Positions 28,222 to 38,082 of a stretch of 64,000 nt of DNA are shown piece after piece. A program made the position numbers and the translations under genes. Under the pieces are notes generated by a model. It ran no database searches. It had not been told where the DNA came from and saw nothing but the letters and a program-made list of their open reading frames with translations. Each line of letters starts with the position of its first letter. Position 1 is the first letter of the stretch. Origin of the DNA: Alphaproteobacteria bacterium (GTDB lineage Bacteria; Pseudomonadota; Alphaproteobacteria; GCA-2731375); the NCBI GenBank assembly GCA_965232515.1, contig CBDDPY010000002.1, forward strand, positions 3,296,001 to 3,360,000. Reading direction: 5' to 3'.

Positions 28222-29040
28222 ATGACGGCAGGAAGTCCTCTTCGGGTGGGCGTTGGCGGCCTTGGCGCGATTGGCCTCGATGTGGCGGCTGCCTTGGATC
28301 GCGGTATCGACGGCCTGCAATTGGGCGCCGTCTCCGCCCGAGACCGCCAACGCGCGGCCGATCGGCTGACGCCATTCCGTAAGCCCGTCCCCGTGGTGGG
28401 ACTGGCCGACCTGGCCGAGATCGCTGATATCGTCATTGAATGCGCGCCGGCGGCCGTCTTCGACGAGATCGCCGACGCCGCCGTTGCCGCCGGCCGCATC
28501 TTCATGCCCTTGTCCGTGGGCGTTCTGTTGCGTCGCATGGATCTGATCGATCAAGCTGCCGCCAGCGGCGCACGCATCATCGTGCCGACCGGCGCGCTGC
28601 TGGGGCTCGACGCCGTGCGCGCCGCCGCCGAGGGCGAGATCCATGCCGTGACCATGATTACCCGCAAGCCGCCGCGCGGCCTGAAGGGCGCGCCGCATAT
28701 CGAGAAGCTGGGCCTCGACATGGACGCGGTGACGGAGCCGATCAAGGTCTTCGACGGTCCGGCCCGCACGGCTGCCGAGGGCTTTCCGGCCAACATCAAT
28801 GTCGCCGTGGCGCTGAGCCTGGCCGGGATCGGCCCCGACCGGACCACGGTCGAGATCTGGGCCGACCCGACGGTGACGCGAAATACCCACCGGATCCGGG
28901 TCGAGGCCGAGGCCGCCCGTTTCGAGATGACCATCGAAGGCGTGCCGACGCCGGACAACCCGGCCACCGGCCGGCTGACGCCGCTGAGCGTGATCGCCAC
29001 GCTGCGCGGTCTGGTCAGTCCGTTGCGGGTGGGAACTTGA
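28222..29040 (+). CDS. nadX: L-aspartate dehydrogenase family
   Basis: GLGAIG, IECA, TGALLGLDAV, TRKPP, FPANINVA, NTH, NPATG. Confidence 0.85.
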   Translation: MTAGSPLRVGVGGLGAIGLDVAAALDRGIDGLQLGAVSARDRQRAADRLTPFRKPVPVVGLADLAEIADIVIECAPAAVFDEIADAAVAAGRIFMPLSVGVLLRRMDLIDQAAASGARIIVPTGALLGLDAVRAAAEGEIHAVTMITRKPPRGLKGAPHIEKLGLDMDAVTEPIKVFDGPARTAAEGFPANINVAVALSLAGIGPDRTTVEIWADPTVTRNTHRIRVEAEAARFEMTIEGVPTPDNPATGRLTPLSVIATLRGLVSPLRVGT

Positions 29041-29050
29041 GGGAGACCAA

Positions 29051-30739
29051 TCAGGCCGCGCGGTCGGCCTCGATCTGGCGCAGCAGCGCCGGCAATTCGT
29101 CGGCCGGCACCGGACGGCCGAAATAATAGCCCTGCGCCAGCCGGCAATTGTGCCGGCGCAGGAAGTTCATCTGCTGCCGGGTTTCAACGCCCTCGGCGAC
29201 GACCTGCAGGTTCAGATTCTCGGCGAGCGAAATGATGGTTTTGACGATCGCGGCGTCGTTCGGGTCCTCGGTGATATCGTTCACGAACGACCGGTCGATC
29301 TTCAGCACGTCGAGCGGGAAGCGCTTCAGGTAGGCGAGCGACGAATAGCCGGTGCCGAAATCGTCGACGCTGATGCGCACGCCGAGATCGCTCAAGCCCT
29401 GCAGCATGTGGCGGGTCGAATCGGGGTCGCGCATGACGCTGCTCTCGGTCAGCTCGACTTCAAGACAGTCGGCGTCCAGCCGCGCGTCGTTCAGCGACGC
29501 CAGTATCTTGTCCGGCAGGCCGTCCTGGTTGAACTGATGCGCCGACAGGTTGACGGCGACGCGGAACGCCGGCAGGCCGTCGTCGCGCCAAGTCCGGCAC
29601 TGCCGGCAGGCGGTCTTGATCACCCATTCTCCGAGACTTTCCATCAGCCCGAACTCCTCGGCCAGCGGAATGAACTGGTCGGGCGGCACCAGACCGCGCT
29701 CGGGATGATGCCAACGGATCAGCGCTTCGACGCTGACCACGTTGCCGGTGAGGAGATCGATCTGGGGCTGATAGTGCAGCGCGAACTCGCGCCGCTGGAT
29801 CGCGCCCTGCAGCGCGAAGGCAAGGCCGAGGCGCCGGTTCGACTCGGCATTCATGTCCGGCCGATAGAACATGTAGCGGTTGCCGCCCTGGCGCTTGGCC
29901 TGATACATCGCCGCGTCGGCGCACTTGATCAGCTCGTCGGCATTGTCGCCGTCGGTCGGATAGACCGCGATGCCGATGCTGGGCGAGACCGTGAACCGGT
30001 CGTTGCCGATCCGGATCTGCTCGGACAGCTGCGCCAGGGTCTTTTCGGCGATGCGGCCGGCCGTGACGGGCTTCGCCAGGTTGGCGACGACGGCGACGAA
30101 CTCGTCGCCGCCAAGACGCGCGACCGTGTCGCTGTTCCGCAAACCATCGGACAGGCGGCTGGCCACGGTCTTCAACAGCCGGTCGCCGGCCTGGTGCCCC
30201 AGGGTATCGTTGATCATCTTGAAGCGGTCGAGATCGAAGAACAGAACCGCCAGCCGCTCGTCATAGCGTTTCGCGTGATTGATGGCCTGGGCCAGACGAT
30301 CGTAGAGCAGCAGCCGGTTCGGCAGGCCGGTAAGCGGATCGTAGTAGTTCTGATCGGATCGCGTGATGGCGCAGCCGATGGCCGTCGCCAGGCGGTCCGG
30401 CACGCCGATCTCGGCGGCCAGCACGAAGTCCTGCACACCCTGCCGGACCAGCTCGACCGTGGTGATCGGATCGAACCGCTCGGTCAGTACCACCGTCGGC
30501 AGGCCGGGCGCGACGGTCTTCAGCGAGGCCAGCTCGGCATGCATTTCCGATCCATCCTCGGCGCCGATGACAACGGCGTCATAGCCGCCGGCGGCGAGCG
30601 CCGGCTGGTACGAGGCCGCCAGGCGCGGCGTATGGACGAGGTCGAAGGTGCCGCCGCCAAGCACGGCTTTCGCCGCGCTCGCGAGATTTGCCTCGGGCGC
30701 AACCAACAGAACCTTGATCGCGTTCAAATCAGAGCCCAC
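29051..30739 (-). CDS. Receiver-like/GGDEF/EAL c-di-GMP enzyme
   Basis: DPLTGLPNR, RNSD I-site, RLGGDEF, VEALIRW, DDFGTGYSSL, AQGYYFGRP. Confidence 0.93.
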   Translation of the reverse strand: MGSDLNAIKVLLVAPEANLASAAKAVLGGGTFDLVHTPRLAASYQPALAAGGYDAVVIGAEDGSEMHAELASLKTVAPGLPTVVLTERFDPITTVELVRQGVQDFVLAAEIGVPDRLATAIGCAITRSDQNYYDPLTGLPNRLLLYDRLAQAINHAKRYDERLAVLFFDLDRFKMINDTLGHQAGDRLLKTVASRLSDGLRNSDTVARLGGDEFVAVVANLAKPVTAGRIAEKTLAQLSEQIRIGNDRFTVSPSIGIAVYPTDGDNADELIKCADAAMYQAKRQGGNRYMFYRPDMNAESNRRLGLAFALQGAIQRREFALHYQPQIDLLTGNVVSVEALIRWHHPERGLVPPDQFIPLAEEFGLMESLGEWVIKTACRQCRTWRDDGLPAFRVAVNLSAHQFNQDGLPDKILASLNDARLDADCLEVELTESSVMRDPDSTRHMLQGLSDLGVRISVDDFGTGYSSLAYLKRFPLDVLKIDRSFVNDITEDPNDAAIVKTIISLAENLNLQVVAEGVETRQQMNFLRRHNCRLAQGYYFGRPVPADELPALLRQIEADRAA

Positions 30740-30896
30740 TAACCCACAAAAAGAGACGCCACCCCCGCGAGCGGCTCCATGATGGCAGTCATGGGTTACG
30801 GGTTCGTATACCGCCGTTAACCATGACCGGGGTCCTGAAGGCCGGCGCAGCGACCGCCGGCTAGGAAATCGGTCCGGTTAGATCGTGACTTAAGCC

Positions 30897-31670
30897 CTAG
30901 GCCCGGTCGCCGAACTGACGGCGCAGCTTGCGCATGCCGCCGAGCCAGCGGTCATAGTCCGCTGTCTTGTGCTGCATGTAGCCCAGAACCTGCGGATGCG
31001 GCAGCACCAGGAAGCGCTCCTCGGCCAGCGCCTCGATCACGGTGTCGGCCAGTTGCTCGGGCTCGATCATGCCGTCGATGCCGGCGACGCCGCCCTCCTC
31101 CAGGCCGGCCGTCATCGCCGTGCGCACCGCCTGCGGGCACAGGATCGACACCTTGATGCCGTCGTCGCCATGGGCGATCGACAGCCATTCGGCGAAACCG
31201 ACCGCGGCATGCTTGGTGGTCGAGTAGGTCGACGAGCCGACATGGCTCAGCAGGCCGGCGGCCGACACCGTGGTCATGAAATAGCCGCCGCCACGCCCGG
31301 CCATACGCGGCACCACCGCCCGTGCCGCATAGATATGCCCCATCACGTTCACGGCCCAGCACTTCTGCCAGTCGGCCTCCGACGTCTCCAACCCGCCGCC
31401 AATGGCGATGCCGGCATTGGCGCAGAACAGGTCGATCGGCCCGACCTCGGTCTCCGTCAGCTCGACCAGCCGGGCGACGTCGGCCTCGACCCCGACATCG
31501 GCCGGAATTGCGATACCGCCGATCTCGTCGGCGACGGCTTGTGCGCCTTCAGTATCGATGTCGCTGACCACGACCCTGGCCGCCCCTTCGGCGACAAACC
31601 GCCGCGCCAACGCGCGGCCGATGCCGCTCGCGCCTCCGGTGACGACGGCGATCTTGTTGTCCAACTGCAT
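30897..31670 (-). CDS. SDR oxidoreductase
   Basis: TGGASGIG, CANAG, YSTTKHA, LCPQAVRT. Confidence 0.88.
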   Translation of the reverse strand: MQLDNKIAVVTGGASGIGRALARRFVAEGAARVVVSDIDTEGAQAVADEIGGIAIPADVGVEADVARLVELTETEVGPIDLFCANAGIAIGGGLETSEADWQKCWAVNVMGHIYAARAVVPRMAGRGGGYFMTTVSAAGLLSHVGSSTYSTTKHAAVGFAEWLSIAHGDDGIKVSILCPQAVRTAMTAGLEEGGVAGIDGMIEPEQLADTVIEALAEERFLVLPHPQVLGYMQHKTADYDRWLGGMRKLRRQFGDRA

Positions 31671-31778
31671 GACGATCCCTTCCCGAATTCAGCGGCTGAC
31701 AAAGACTGACCGAGCTTACCAGCACGGCATAGTGACGGGACCACATCAAATGCCTTTGGCCATATCAAGGTTGTAAGA

Positions 31779-31804
31779 TTTGTCTATTTTGTCTAAATTA
31801 GACA
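31779..31804. promoter_or_regulatory. Putative toxin-antitoxin autoregulatory operator
   Basis: Tandem TTTGTCTA copies plus dyad TGTCTAA-A-TTAGACA just upstream of the antitoxin. Confidence 0.5.
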
Positions 31805-31826
31805 GCGACGAATGATGGAGTCTGTC

Positions 31827-32078
31827 ATGCGCTATGTATCCGCGACGGAAGCAAAGCAAGCCCTGGCCGCCGTCCTCGACGCGGCGCAACACGAGCCCGT
31901 CGTCATCCAACGGCAAAAACGAGATGTGGCCGTGATGCTGTCGGTCCAGGAATACGAGAAGCTGACGGCACTCAATGTCGCGGAATTCAATCATTTCTGC
32001 GACCGTGTCGCCGAACAGGCTGCCGCGCGCGGACTAACGGAAGAAAAGCTCGCCGAAATCCTCGGCGACGATGCCTAG
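31827..32078 (+). CDS. Phd/YefM-family antitoxin
   Basis: MRYVSATEAKQALAAVLDAAQHEPVVIQRQKRDVAVMLS; overlaps the PIN gene. Confidence 0.88.
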   Translation: MRYVSATEAKQALAAVLDAAQHEPVVIQRQKRDVAVMLSVQEYEKLTALNVAEFNHFCDRVAEQAAARGLTEEKLAEILGDDA

Positions 32079-32487
32079 CACGCGCATTGTTGTCGATACC
32101 GGAGTCCTGGTCAGCCGGCTGCTCTTGGCCAATTCGCTACCAGCGCAAGCTGTACACAAAGCCATCGAGAATGGCCGACTGCTTGTATCAGAAGCAACAA
32201 TGATGGAATTGGCCGACGTTCTCGGCCGCAGCAAATTCGACGCTTACATTTCGTTAGCCGACCGACAGCAATTCATTCGGTTGCTCGGCCGGATCGCCGA
32301 ATTCGTAACCATCCTGCGGCCTATCAGGGCTTGCCGCGATCCAAACGATGACAAGTTTCTAGAAGTGGCTGTGAACGGCGAAGCCGATCTTGTCGTCAGC
32401 GGTGACCAAGATCTCCTCACGATGCATCCGTTCATGAGCATCCCGATCCTAAGTCCGGCCGACTATCTGAAAACACCGGAGAACTGA
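32071..32487 (+). CDS. PIN-domain toxin
   Basis: IVVDTGVLVS...EL..VL.R.KF...CRDPNDDKFLEVA...VSGDQDLL. Confidence 0.88.
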   Translation: MPSTRIVVDTGVLVSRLLLANSLPAQAVHKAIENGRLLVSEATMMELADVLGRSKFDAYISLADRQQFIRLLGRIAEFVTILRPIRACRDPNDDKFLEVAVNGEADLVVSGDQDLLTMHPFMSIPILSPADYLKTPEN

Positions 32488-32490
32488 TCG

Positions 32491-34038
32491 CTATGGCCGC
32501 ATGTGGAAGGCCGACGGACCTGGGGTGCGGAGGGGGGCGGCGAGGTTGGCGAATTCGCAGAGCAGCGGCCGGGTGTCGCGGGGATCGATAAGTTCCTCGA
32601 CCAGGAAAGTTTCGGCCGTGCGGAAGGGTGAGCGGACCTGCTCCATCTGGGCCTGGATCTCGGCCAGCAGCTTGTCGGGGTCGTCGGACGCCTCCAGGTC
32701 GGCGCGGTAGGCGGCCTCGATGCCACCCTCCAAGGGTAGCGACCCCCAGTCGCCGGACGGCCAGGCGTAGCGGTATTTCAGCCGTGAGGCGTTCGAGTGC
32801 GCGGCGCCGGCGACGCCGAAGACCTTGCGGACGATCACCGAGCACCAGGGCACGGTCGCCTGGTAGACGGCGGCCAGCGCCCGGGCGCCATGCCGGATGG
32901 TGGCCGCCTTCTCGCCGGCGACGCCGATGACGAAACCGGGATTGTCGACCAGATGCACGACCGGCAGGTGGAAGGTCTCGGCGAGATCGATGAACCGCGT
33001 CGCCTTGTGCGAGGCCTCGGCCGTCCAACCGGCGGCGAAATGGTAGGGGTCGCCCGCCAGCACTGCGACGGGCCAGCCGTCGAGCCTGGCGAGGCCGGTG
33101 ATCAACGGCCGGCCATAGAGCTTGCCGATCTCGAAAAACGAGCCCTGATCAACCACCGCGTCGATGATGCGCCGCATCTTGTAGGGCTTGCGCCGGTCCC
33201 GCGGCACCGCTTCGATCAGCCAGTCTTCGCGCCGGCCGGCATCGTCGGTCACTTCGCCACGTAGTGCGACCTCGTGCACGGATTGCGGCAGATAGGACAG
33301 GAACCGGCGGGTGCGCTCGAAGGCTTCTTCCTCGCTGTCGACCACATCGTCGATGGCACCGTTGCGGGCATGGATGTGGGCGCCCCCGAGTTCTTCCTTC
33401 GTCACAGGTTCGCCGAGCCGCGCCACCACCGGCGGACCGGCGACAAAGACCTGCGAGATGTCCTTGACCATCAGGGAATAGTGGCTGGTGACGGCGCGGG
33501 CGGCGCCCAGGCCGGCGACCGAGCCGAGCGCCAGCGCCACGACCGGAACCGTGCCCATGTTGGCGACGACCCAGTCCCAGCCTGGATTGGCCGGCACGTA
33601 GGTATAGCCGTCCATCAGCAGCGACTTCACCGAACCGCCGCCGCCGGTGCCGTCGACCAGACGCACGATGGGCAGGCGCAGCTCGTTCGCCATCTGCTCG
33701 GCGATGACCTGTTTTTCCCAGATCGAGGCGTCGGCCGCGCCGCCGCGCACGGTGAAATCATCGCCGCCGACCACGACCGGCCGGCCGTCGATCCTGCCGC
33801 GGCCACAGACGAAATTGCTCGGCTGCAGATCGACCAGGTTGCCCTCGGCGTCGTATTCGGCCCGGCCGGCGACAGCGCCGACCTCGTGGAACGAGCCGGC
33901 ATCGAGCAGCCGGTCGATGCGCTCGCGCACCGTTAGCTTGCCGCCGTCGTGCTGGCGCTTGACCTTCTCCGGCCCGCCCATGCGGCGGGCCAGCGCCTCG
34001 CGCCGGCGCAGCTCCTCGATCTCCTTTTCCCAGCTCAT
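32491..34038 (-). CDS. Acyl-CoA carboxylase carboxyltransferase subunit
   Basis: GKLTVRERI, DDFTVRGGA, AGPPVV, EELGGA, VDNPGF, IDPRDTR. Confidence 0.88.
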   Translation of the reverse strand: MSWEKEIEELRRREALARRMGGPEKVKRQHDGGKLTVRERIDRLLDAGSFHEVGAVAGRAEYDAEGNLVDLQPSNFVCGRGRIDGRPVVVGGDDFTVRGGAADASIWEKQVIAEQMANELRLPIVRLVDGTGGGGSVKSLLMDGYTYVPANPGWDWVVANMGTVPVVALALGSVAGLGAARAVTSHYSLMVKDISQVFVAGPPVVARLGEPVTKEELGGAHIHARNGAIDDVVDSEEEAFERTRRFLSYLPQSVHEVALRGEVTDDAGRREDWLIEAVPRDRRKPYKMRRIIDAVVDQGSFFEIGKLYGRPLITGLARLDGWPVAVLAGDPYHFAAGWTAEASHKATRFIDLAETFHLPVVHLVDNPGFVIGVAGEKAATIRHGARALAAVYQATVPWCSVIVRKVFGVAGAAHSNASRLKYRYAWPSGDWGSLPLEGGIEAAYRADLEASDDPDKLLAEIQAQMEQVRSPFRTAETFLVEELIDPRDTRPLLCEFANLAAPLRTPGPSAFHMRP

Positions 34039-34075
34039 GCCACGCCCCTCCCCGACCGCCGCAAAATTGTTGTCG

Positions 34076-35299
34076 TTATTCGGCCGCCGTCTTCGCGGCC
34101 TCGCGTTCGGCCAGCTTCAGATAGCCGTCGCGGGTCTGCGGCAGCTTGCGGTCGAGGATGCGGCCGGCGACCATGGTGCGCAGCACCTGCGCCGTACCGC
34201 CGCCGATGGTGAACATGCGCGCGTCGCGCACCATGCGCTCGACGGCGTTGTTCCGCGAATAGCCGGCGGCGCCGAAAATCTGCAGCGCGTTGTTGCTGAT
34301 CTCGATGGCCGACTCGGACGCGAAGATCTTCGCCTGGGCGGCCTGCAGCGGATCCGGGAACCCGTCGACGGAACTGCTGGCCGCCTTGTGGATCAGGGCC
34401 CGGCCGGCGGCGAGCTTGGTGCTCATGTCGGCCAACATCCATTGCAGGCCTTGGAATTCGCAGATCGGCCGGCCGAACTGCTCGCGCCGCTTGGCATAGT
34501 CGAGGGCGATCTCGTAGGCGCCCTGGGCCAGGCCAAGCGCCACGGTCGCGGCGCCGACCCGCTGGCCGTTATAGGCCGTCATCAGGTCGGCGAAGCCCTT
34601 CTTCAGGCCGCGCGGCGGCAGCACCAGCATCGATGGTGGCAGCTCCATGTCCTCGAAGAACACCTGCGCTTCCGGGATGCCGCGCAGGCCCATGGTCGGC
34701 TCGCGATCGCCGATCCGGAGCCCCTCGGTCTCGTCGCGCACGGCGATGAAGCCGCCGATGCCCTCTTCCTCGCCATTCTCGTCGAACACGCGGGCGAAGA
34801 TCAGGTGCAGCCGCGAGACGCCGCCGCCGGTGATCCAATGCTTGGCGCCGTTCAGGACATAGCGGTTGCCGCGCTTGTCGGCCCGCGTGGTCATTTCCGT
34901 TGCCGCGCTGCCGGCTTCCGGCTCGGTGATGCAGATCGCCGGCTTGTCGCCGGCCAGCACCAGGTCGGCCGCCAGCCGCTTCTGCTCCTCGCTGCCATAG
35001 GCCATAACTGCGCCGATGGCGCCCATATTGGCCTCGACGGCGATGCGGCCCGAAACGCCGCAGACTTTCGCCATCTCCTCAATCACCAGCACCGAATCCA
35101 GATAATCGAGGCCGGGGCCGCCATAGGCCTCGGGTATCGTCATGCCGAAGAAACCGGCCTCGTTCAGCGCCTTGACGTTGTCCCAGGGGTATTGCTCGCT
35201 GCGGTCGACATCGGCCGCCCGCCCGGCGATCTCACCCTGCGCCAGTTCGCGCGCCCGGGCCTGGATTTTCTGGCGCTCGGGGCTGAGTTGGAAGTCCAT
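34076..35299 (-). CDS. acdA: 3-sulfinopropanoyl-CoA desulfinase (acyl-CoA dehydrogenase fold)
   Basis: YPWDNV, SGRIAVEANMGAIG, GDKPAICITEP, WITGGGVS, AYNGQRVG, FTIGGGTAQ, KLPQTRDGYLK match the Advenella Acd desulfinase as I recall it; the usual catalytic Glu is absent. Confidence 0.82.
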   Translation of the reverse strand: MDFQLSPERQKIQARARELAQGEIAGRAADVDRSEQYPWDNVKALNEAGFFGMTIPEAYGGPGLDYLDSVLVIEEMAKVCGVSGRIAVEANMGAIGAVMAYGSEEQKRLAADLVLAGDKPAICITEPEAGSAATEMTTRADKRGNRYVLNGAKHWITGGGVSRLHLIFARVFDENGEEEGIGGFIAVRDETEGLRIGDREPTMGLRGIPEAQVFFEDMELPPSMLVLPPRGLKKGFADLMTAYNGQRVGAATVALGLAQGAYEIALDYAKRREQFGRPICEFQGLQWMLADMSTKLAAGRALIHKAASSSVDGFPDPLQAAQAKIFASESAIEISNNALQIFGAAGYSRNNAVERMVRDARMFTIGGGTAQVLRTMVAGRILDRKLPQTRDGYLKLAEREAAKTAAE

Positions 35300-35451
35300 C
35301 GGCATGTTTCCCATTCTGTCCGGTGTGCGGGTGAGAGTATGTTGCGACGCCGGGCCAAGACAAGGTGGGCCCGACGCAGGTGGCCGGGACATTCTACGGC
35401 GAAATGGCTTAAGTTCGAGCCTTGGCGTATGGCATACGGGAGGAAGCTTGC

Positions 35452-36840
35452 ATGCTGACGGACGTTCGGGGCCTGGAGGTGACGGCCGACAACGAGGCCG
35501 CGGTGGGCCATCTCGACGACACGATTACGCACTATGCCGGCTTCAAACTCGATACCGGGGCGCACCTGAAGCAGGCGCTGACCGCCGATCCCGACATGGC
35601 CATGGGCCTGATCGTTCGCGGCTACTTCATGAAGCTGTTCGCCATGCCGGCGCTGGAAGTGAAGGCGCGGCAGAGCCTGGAGAAGGCGGAAGCGTCGATC
35701 GAGAGCCGCGGCGGCAGCGAGCGGGAACGCCGGCACGCCCGCGCGCTACGCGCCTGGTGCGACGGCGACGAGCGGTTGGCGACGGCGGTCTGGGAGGAGC
35801 TGCTGCTGCACGATCCGCTCGACCTGATGGCCCTCAAGCTCGCCCACTACACGCACTTCTATTTCGGCGACAGCCGCAACATGCGGGATTCCGTCGCCCG
35901 GACCTCCTGGGCCTGGACGCCCGACACGCCGGGCTACGGCTTCGTCCAGGGCATGTACGCTTTCGGCCTGGAAGAAGCCGGCAACTACGCCGATGCGGAA
36001 GCCGCCGGCCGGCGCGCGGTCGAGATCAACCCGGCCGACGTCTGGGCCGCGCATGCGGTGGCGCACGTGATGGAGATGCAGGGCCGGCACCGGGAGGGCA
36101 TCGCCTGGATTGACGGCTTGGCCGACAACTGGAATGACGTGCACAACTTCGTCTTCCACGTCTGGTGGCACAAGTGCCTCTATCACCTGGAGCTTGGTCA
36201 ATACGACGCGGTGCTCGCGCTCTATGACAACAAGGTCCGCGCGGAATCGACCGACGACCTGCTCGATATCAGCAACGGCGCCGCTATGCTCTGGCGCCTC
36301 GAAGATGCCGGCATCGATGTCGGCGACCGCTGGACCGAGCTTGCCGACCGGGCGGCGACGCATGTCGACGACCATCTGCTGTTCTTCGCCGATGCGCACT
36401 ATTTCCTGGCGCTGGCTGCCGCCGGCCGCGACGACGAGGCCGCGGCGATGCTGGCCTCACTGAAGGCCGCGGCGGACCAGGCCGGAACCGACCAGGAGCA
36501 AGTCATTGCCGATGTCGGCGTGCCGCTGTGCGAGGGTATCGCGGCGTTGCGCCGCGCCGACTACGGCCGCGCCTGCGACCTGCTGCTACCGCTGCGCTAC
36601 CGGCTCGATCCGGTCGGCGGCAGCCACGCCCAGCGCGACCTGTTTCAGCAGATGCTGATCCAGGCGGCCCTGCGCGGCGGGCGTCTGGAACTGGCGCGTA
36701 CGCTGCTGGCGGAACGCACGGCGCTGAAGCCCAACAGCCCACCAGCTTGGCGCAACTACGCCGCTGCGCTCGACGGCTTGGGCGACGCCGCCGGCGCGGC
36801 CAACGCCCGCGACCGGGCGGACTCGCTGCTGGCGGCCTGA
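35452..36840 (+). CDS. TTC38-like tetratricopeptide repeat protein
   Basis: GMYAFGLEE, DVWAAHAVAHVMEM, HVWWH, GGSHAQRDLF. Confidence 0.82.
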   Translation: MLTDVRGLEVTADNEAAVGHLDDTITHYAGFKLDTGAHLKQALTADPDMAMGLIVRGYFMKLFAMPALEVKARQSLEKAEASIESRGGSERERRHARALRAWCDGDERLATAVWEELLLHDPLDLMALKLAHYTHFYFGDSRNMRDSVARTSWAWTPDTPGYGFVQGMYAFGLEEAGNYADAEAAGRRAVEINPADVWAAHAVAHVMEMQGRHREGIAWIDGLADNWNDVHNFVFHVWWHKCLYHLELGQYDAVLALYDNKVRAESTDDLLDISNGAAMLWRLEDAGIDVGDRWTELADRAATHVDDHLLFFADAHYFLALAAAGRDDEAAAMLASLKAAADQAGTDQEQVIADVGVPLCEGIAALRRADYGRACDLLLPLRYRLDPVGGSHAQRDLFQQMLIQAALRGGRLELARTLLAERTALKPNSPPAWRNYAAALDGLGDAAGAANARDRADSLLAA

Positions 36841-36845
36841 GCGCC

Positions 36846-37079
36846 ATGGCCTCGGGACCACGCTACCGGGACGTGATCCTCGGCAACAACCTGGCCGAGA
36901 CCCAGGCGCTGAACAGTCCCGAGCGGCACGCCGGCGAGGACGCCAAGGCGGCCGTGGCGCGGGCCAACGACCTGGCGCGGATGGCGGCCAACCGGCGCCG
37001 GTTCCGCATCGCGGTCCTCGGACTGATTGCGGCGATCGCGCTGATCGGCCTCGTGGTGCGGTTGCTCGAAGCTGGTTAG
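36846..37079 (+). CDS. Small hypothetical protein with C-terminal TM helix
   Basis: ATG 5 bp after the TPR stop; MASGPRYRDVILGNN...IAVLGLIAAIALIGLVVRLL. Confidence 0.6.
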   Translation: MASGPRYRDVILGNNLAETQALNSPERHAGEDAKAAVARANDLARMAANRRRFRIAVLGLIAAIALIGLVVRLLEAG

Positions 37080-38023
37080 ACCGCGGCTTCGCCGTAGTAG
37101 AGCTGCACCACGTGCTGCGCTTGGGCAAAGAACAGCCAGCGCTCGATGACCACGCCCAGACCGGCCGACAACGCGGCGAGCACGGCCAGCACGTTGGCGA
37201 CGGGCGGCGTCAGCAGCAGCACCAGCATGGTCAACAGCAGCGGCAGGGCGAAGGCGAAGAACAATGTCAGGCTGCGCAGCCGGGACGCGTGCTTGCGGGC
37301 GACGCGATAGCCCATCTCCTGCTGCAGGTAGTTGGCCTCGGTATGGGGCGCGTCGAGCAGGCGCACCCGGCCGAGGCCGCCAAGACCGGTCGCCGTCTCG
37401 GCCGTCGCAACCGGCTCCGCGGCATCGGTCGCGCGCCAATAGGCCGCCTTCAGCAGCCAGGCCAGCAGGATGGCGATGACGGCCAGCAGGTTCATTCCGA
37501 TCAATTCGTGTCCGAACAGCCGCAGCAGGGCGTCGGCCCAGATCGCGCCCGTCATCAGCGCCAGGGCCAGGTAGACCGGCGTCACCAGCGGATGGTGCCA
37601 GCGGGGGATGGCCGCGAGCGAGGCGTAGATCATGCCGGTGCAATAGACCGTCAGCACCGCCCCGATGACGCTCAACAGGCCGCAGAGCGCCCAGAAGCCG
37701 TCGTTGCGCTCAAGAAACACCCAGCCGATGCCGAACAACGCGGCCGGCACATAGGTGACGAGCGCCGCCGCGCCCTCGCGCGACAGCCAGGATGAGCGCC
37801 ACTGCGAAATCGCCCGCCAGGCGCGCTCGGGATGGCCCAGGTGAAAGGTCGAGGACAGCAGGCCGAATGTAATCAGTCCCAGCGCCAGACCCAGGCCGGT
37901 GAAGCCGAGCCAGCGCTCGGCCGGAACCACGCCCAGCGCCGCCGCCACGGCCAGCACCGCCAGCAGGCCGTAGCCCAGGCCAGAGGCCGTCGTGAAGATA
38001 ATGACCGAGAACGCGGGATGCAC
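37076..38023 (-). CDS. soeC: Sulfite dehydrogenase membrane anchor (DmsC family)
   Basis: MHPAFSVIIFTTASGLGYG, HLGHPERAW, SWLSRE, ERWLFFA. Confidence 0.85.
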   Translation of the reverse strand: MHPAFSVIIFTTASGLGYGLLAVLAVAAALGVVPAERWLGFTGLGLALGLITFGLLSSTFHLGHPERAWRAISQWRSSWLSREGAAALVTYVPAALFGIGWVFLERNDGFWALCGLLSVIGAVLTVYCTGMIYASLAAIPRWHHPLVTPVYLALALMTGAIWADALLRLFGHELIGMNLLAVIAILLAWLLKAAYWRATDAAEPVATAETATGLGGLGRVRLLDAPHTEANYLQQEMGYRVARKHASRLRSLTLFFAFALPLLLTMLVLLLTPPVANVLAVLAALSAGLGVVIERWLFFAQAQHVVQLYYGEAAV

Positions 38024-38082
38024 GGCGTTACAGCAGCAAACTTGACGAGCTGGACGGACGGATCATAAGCACTACCACCGTC

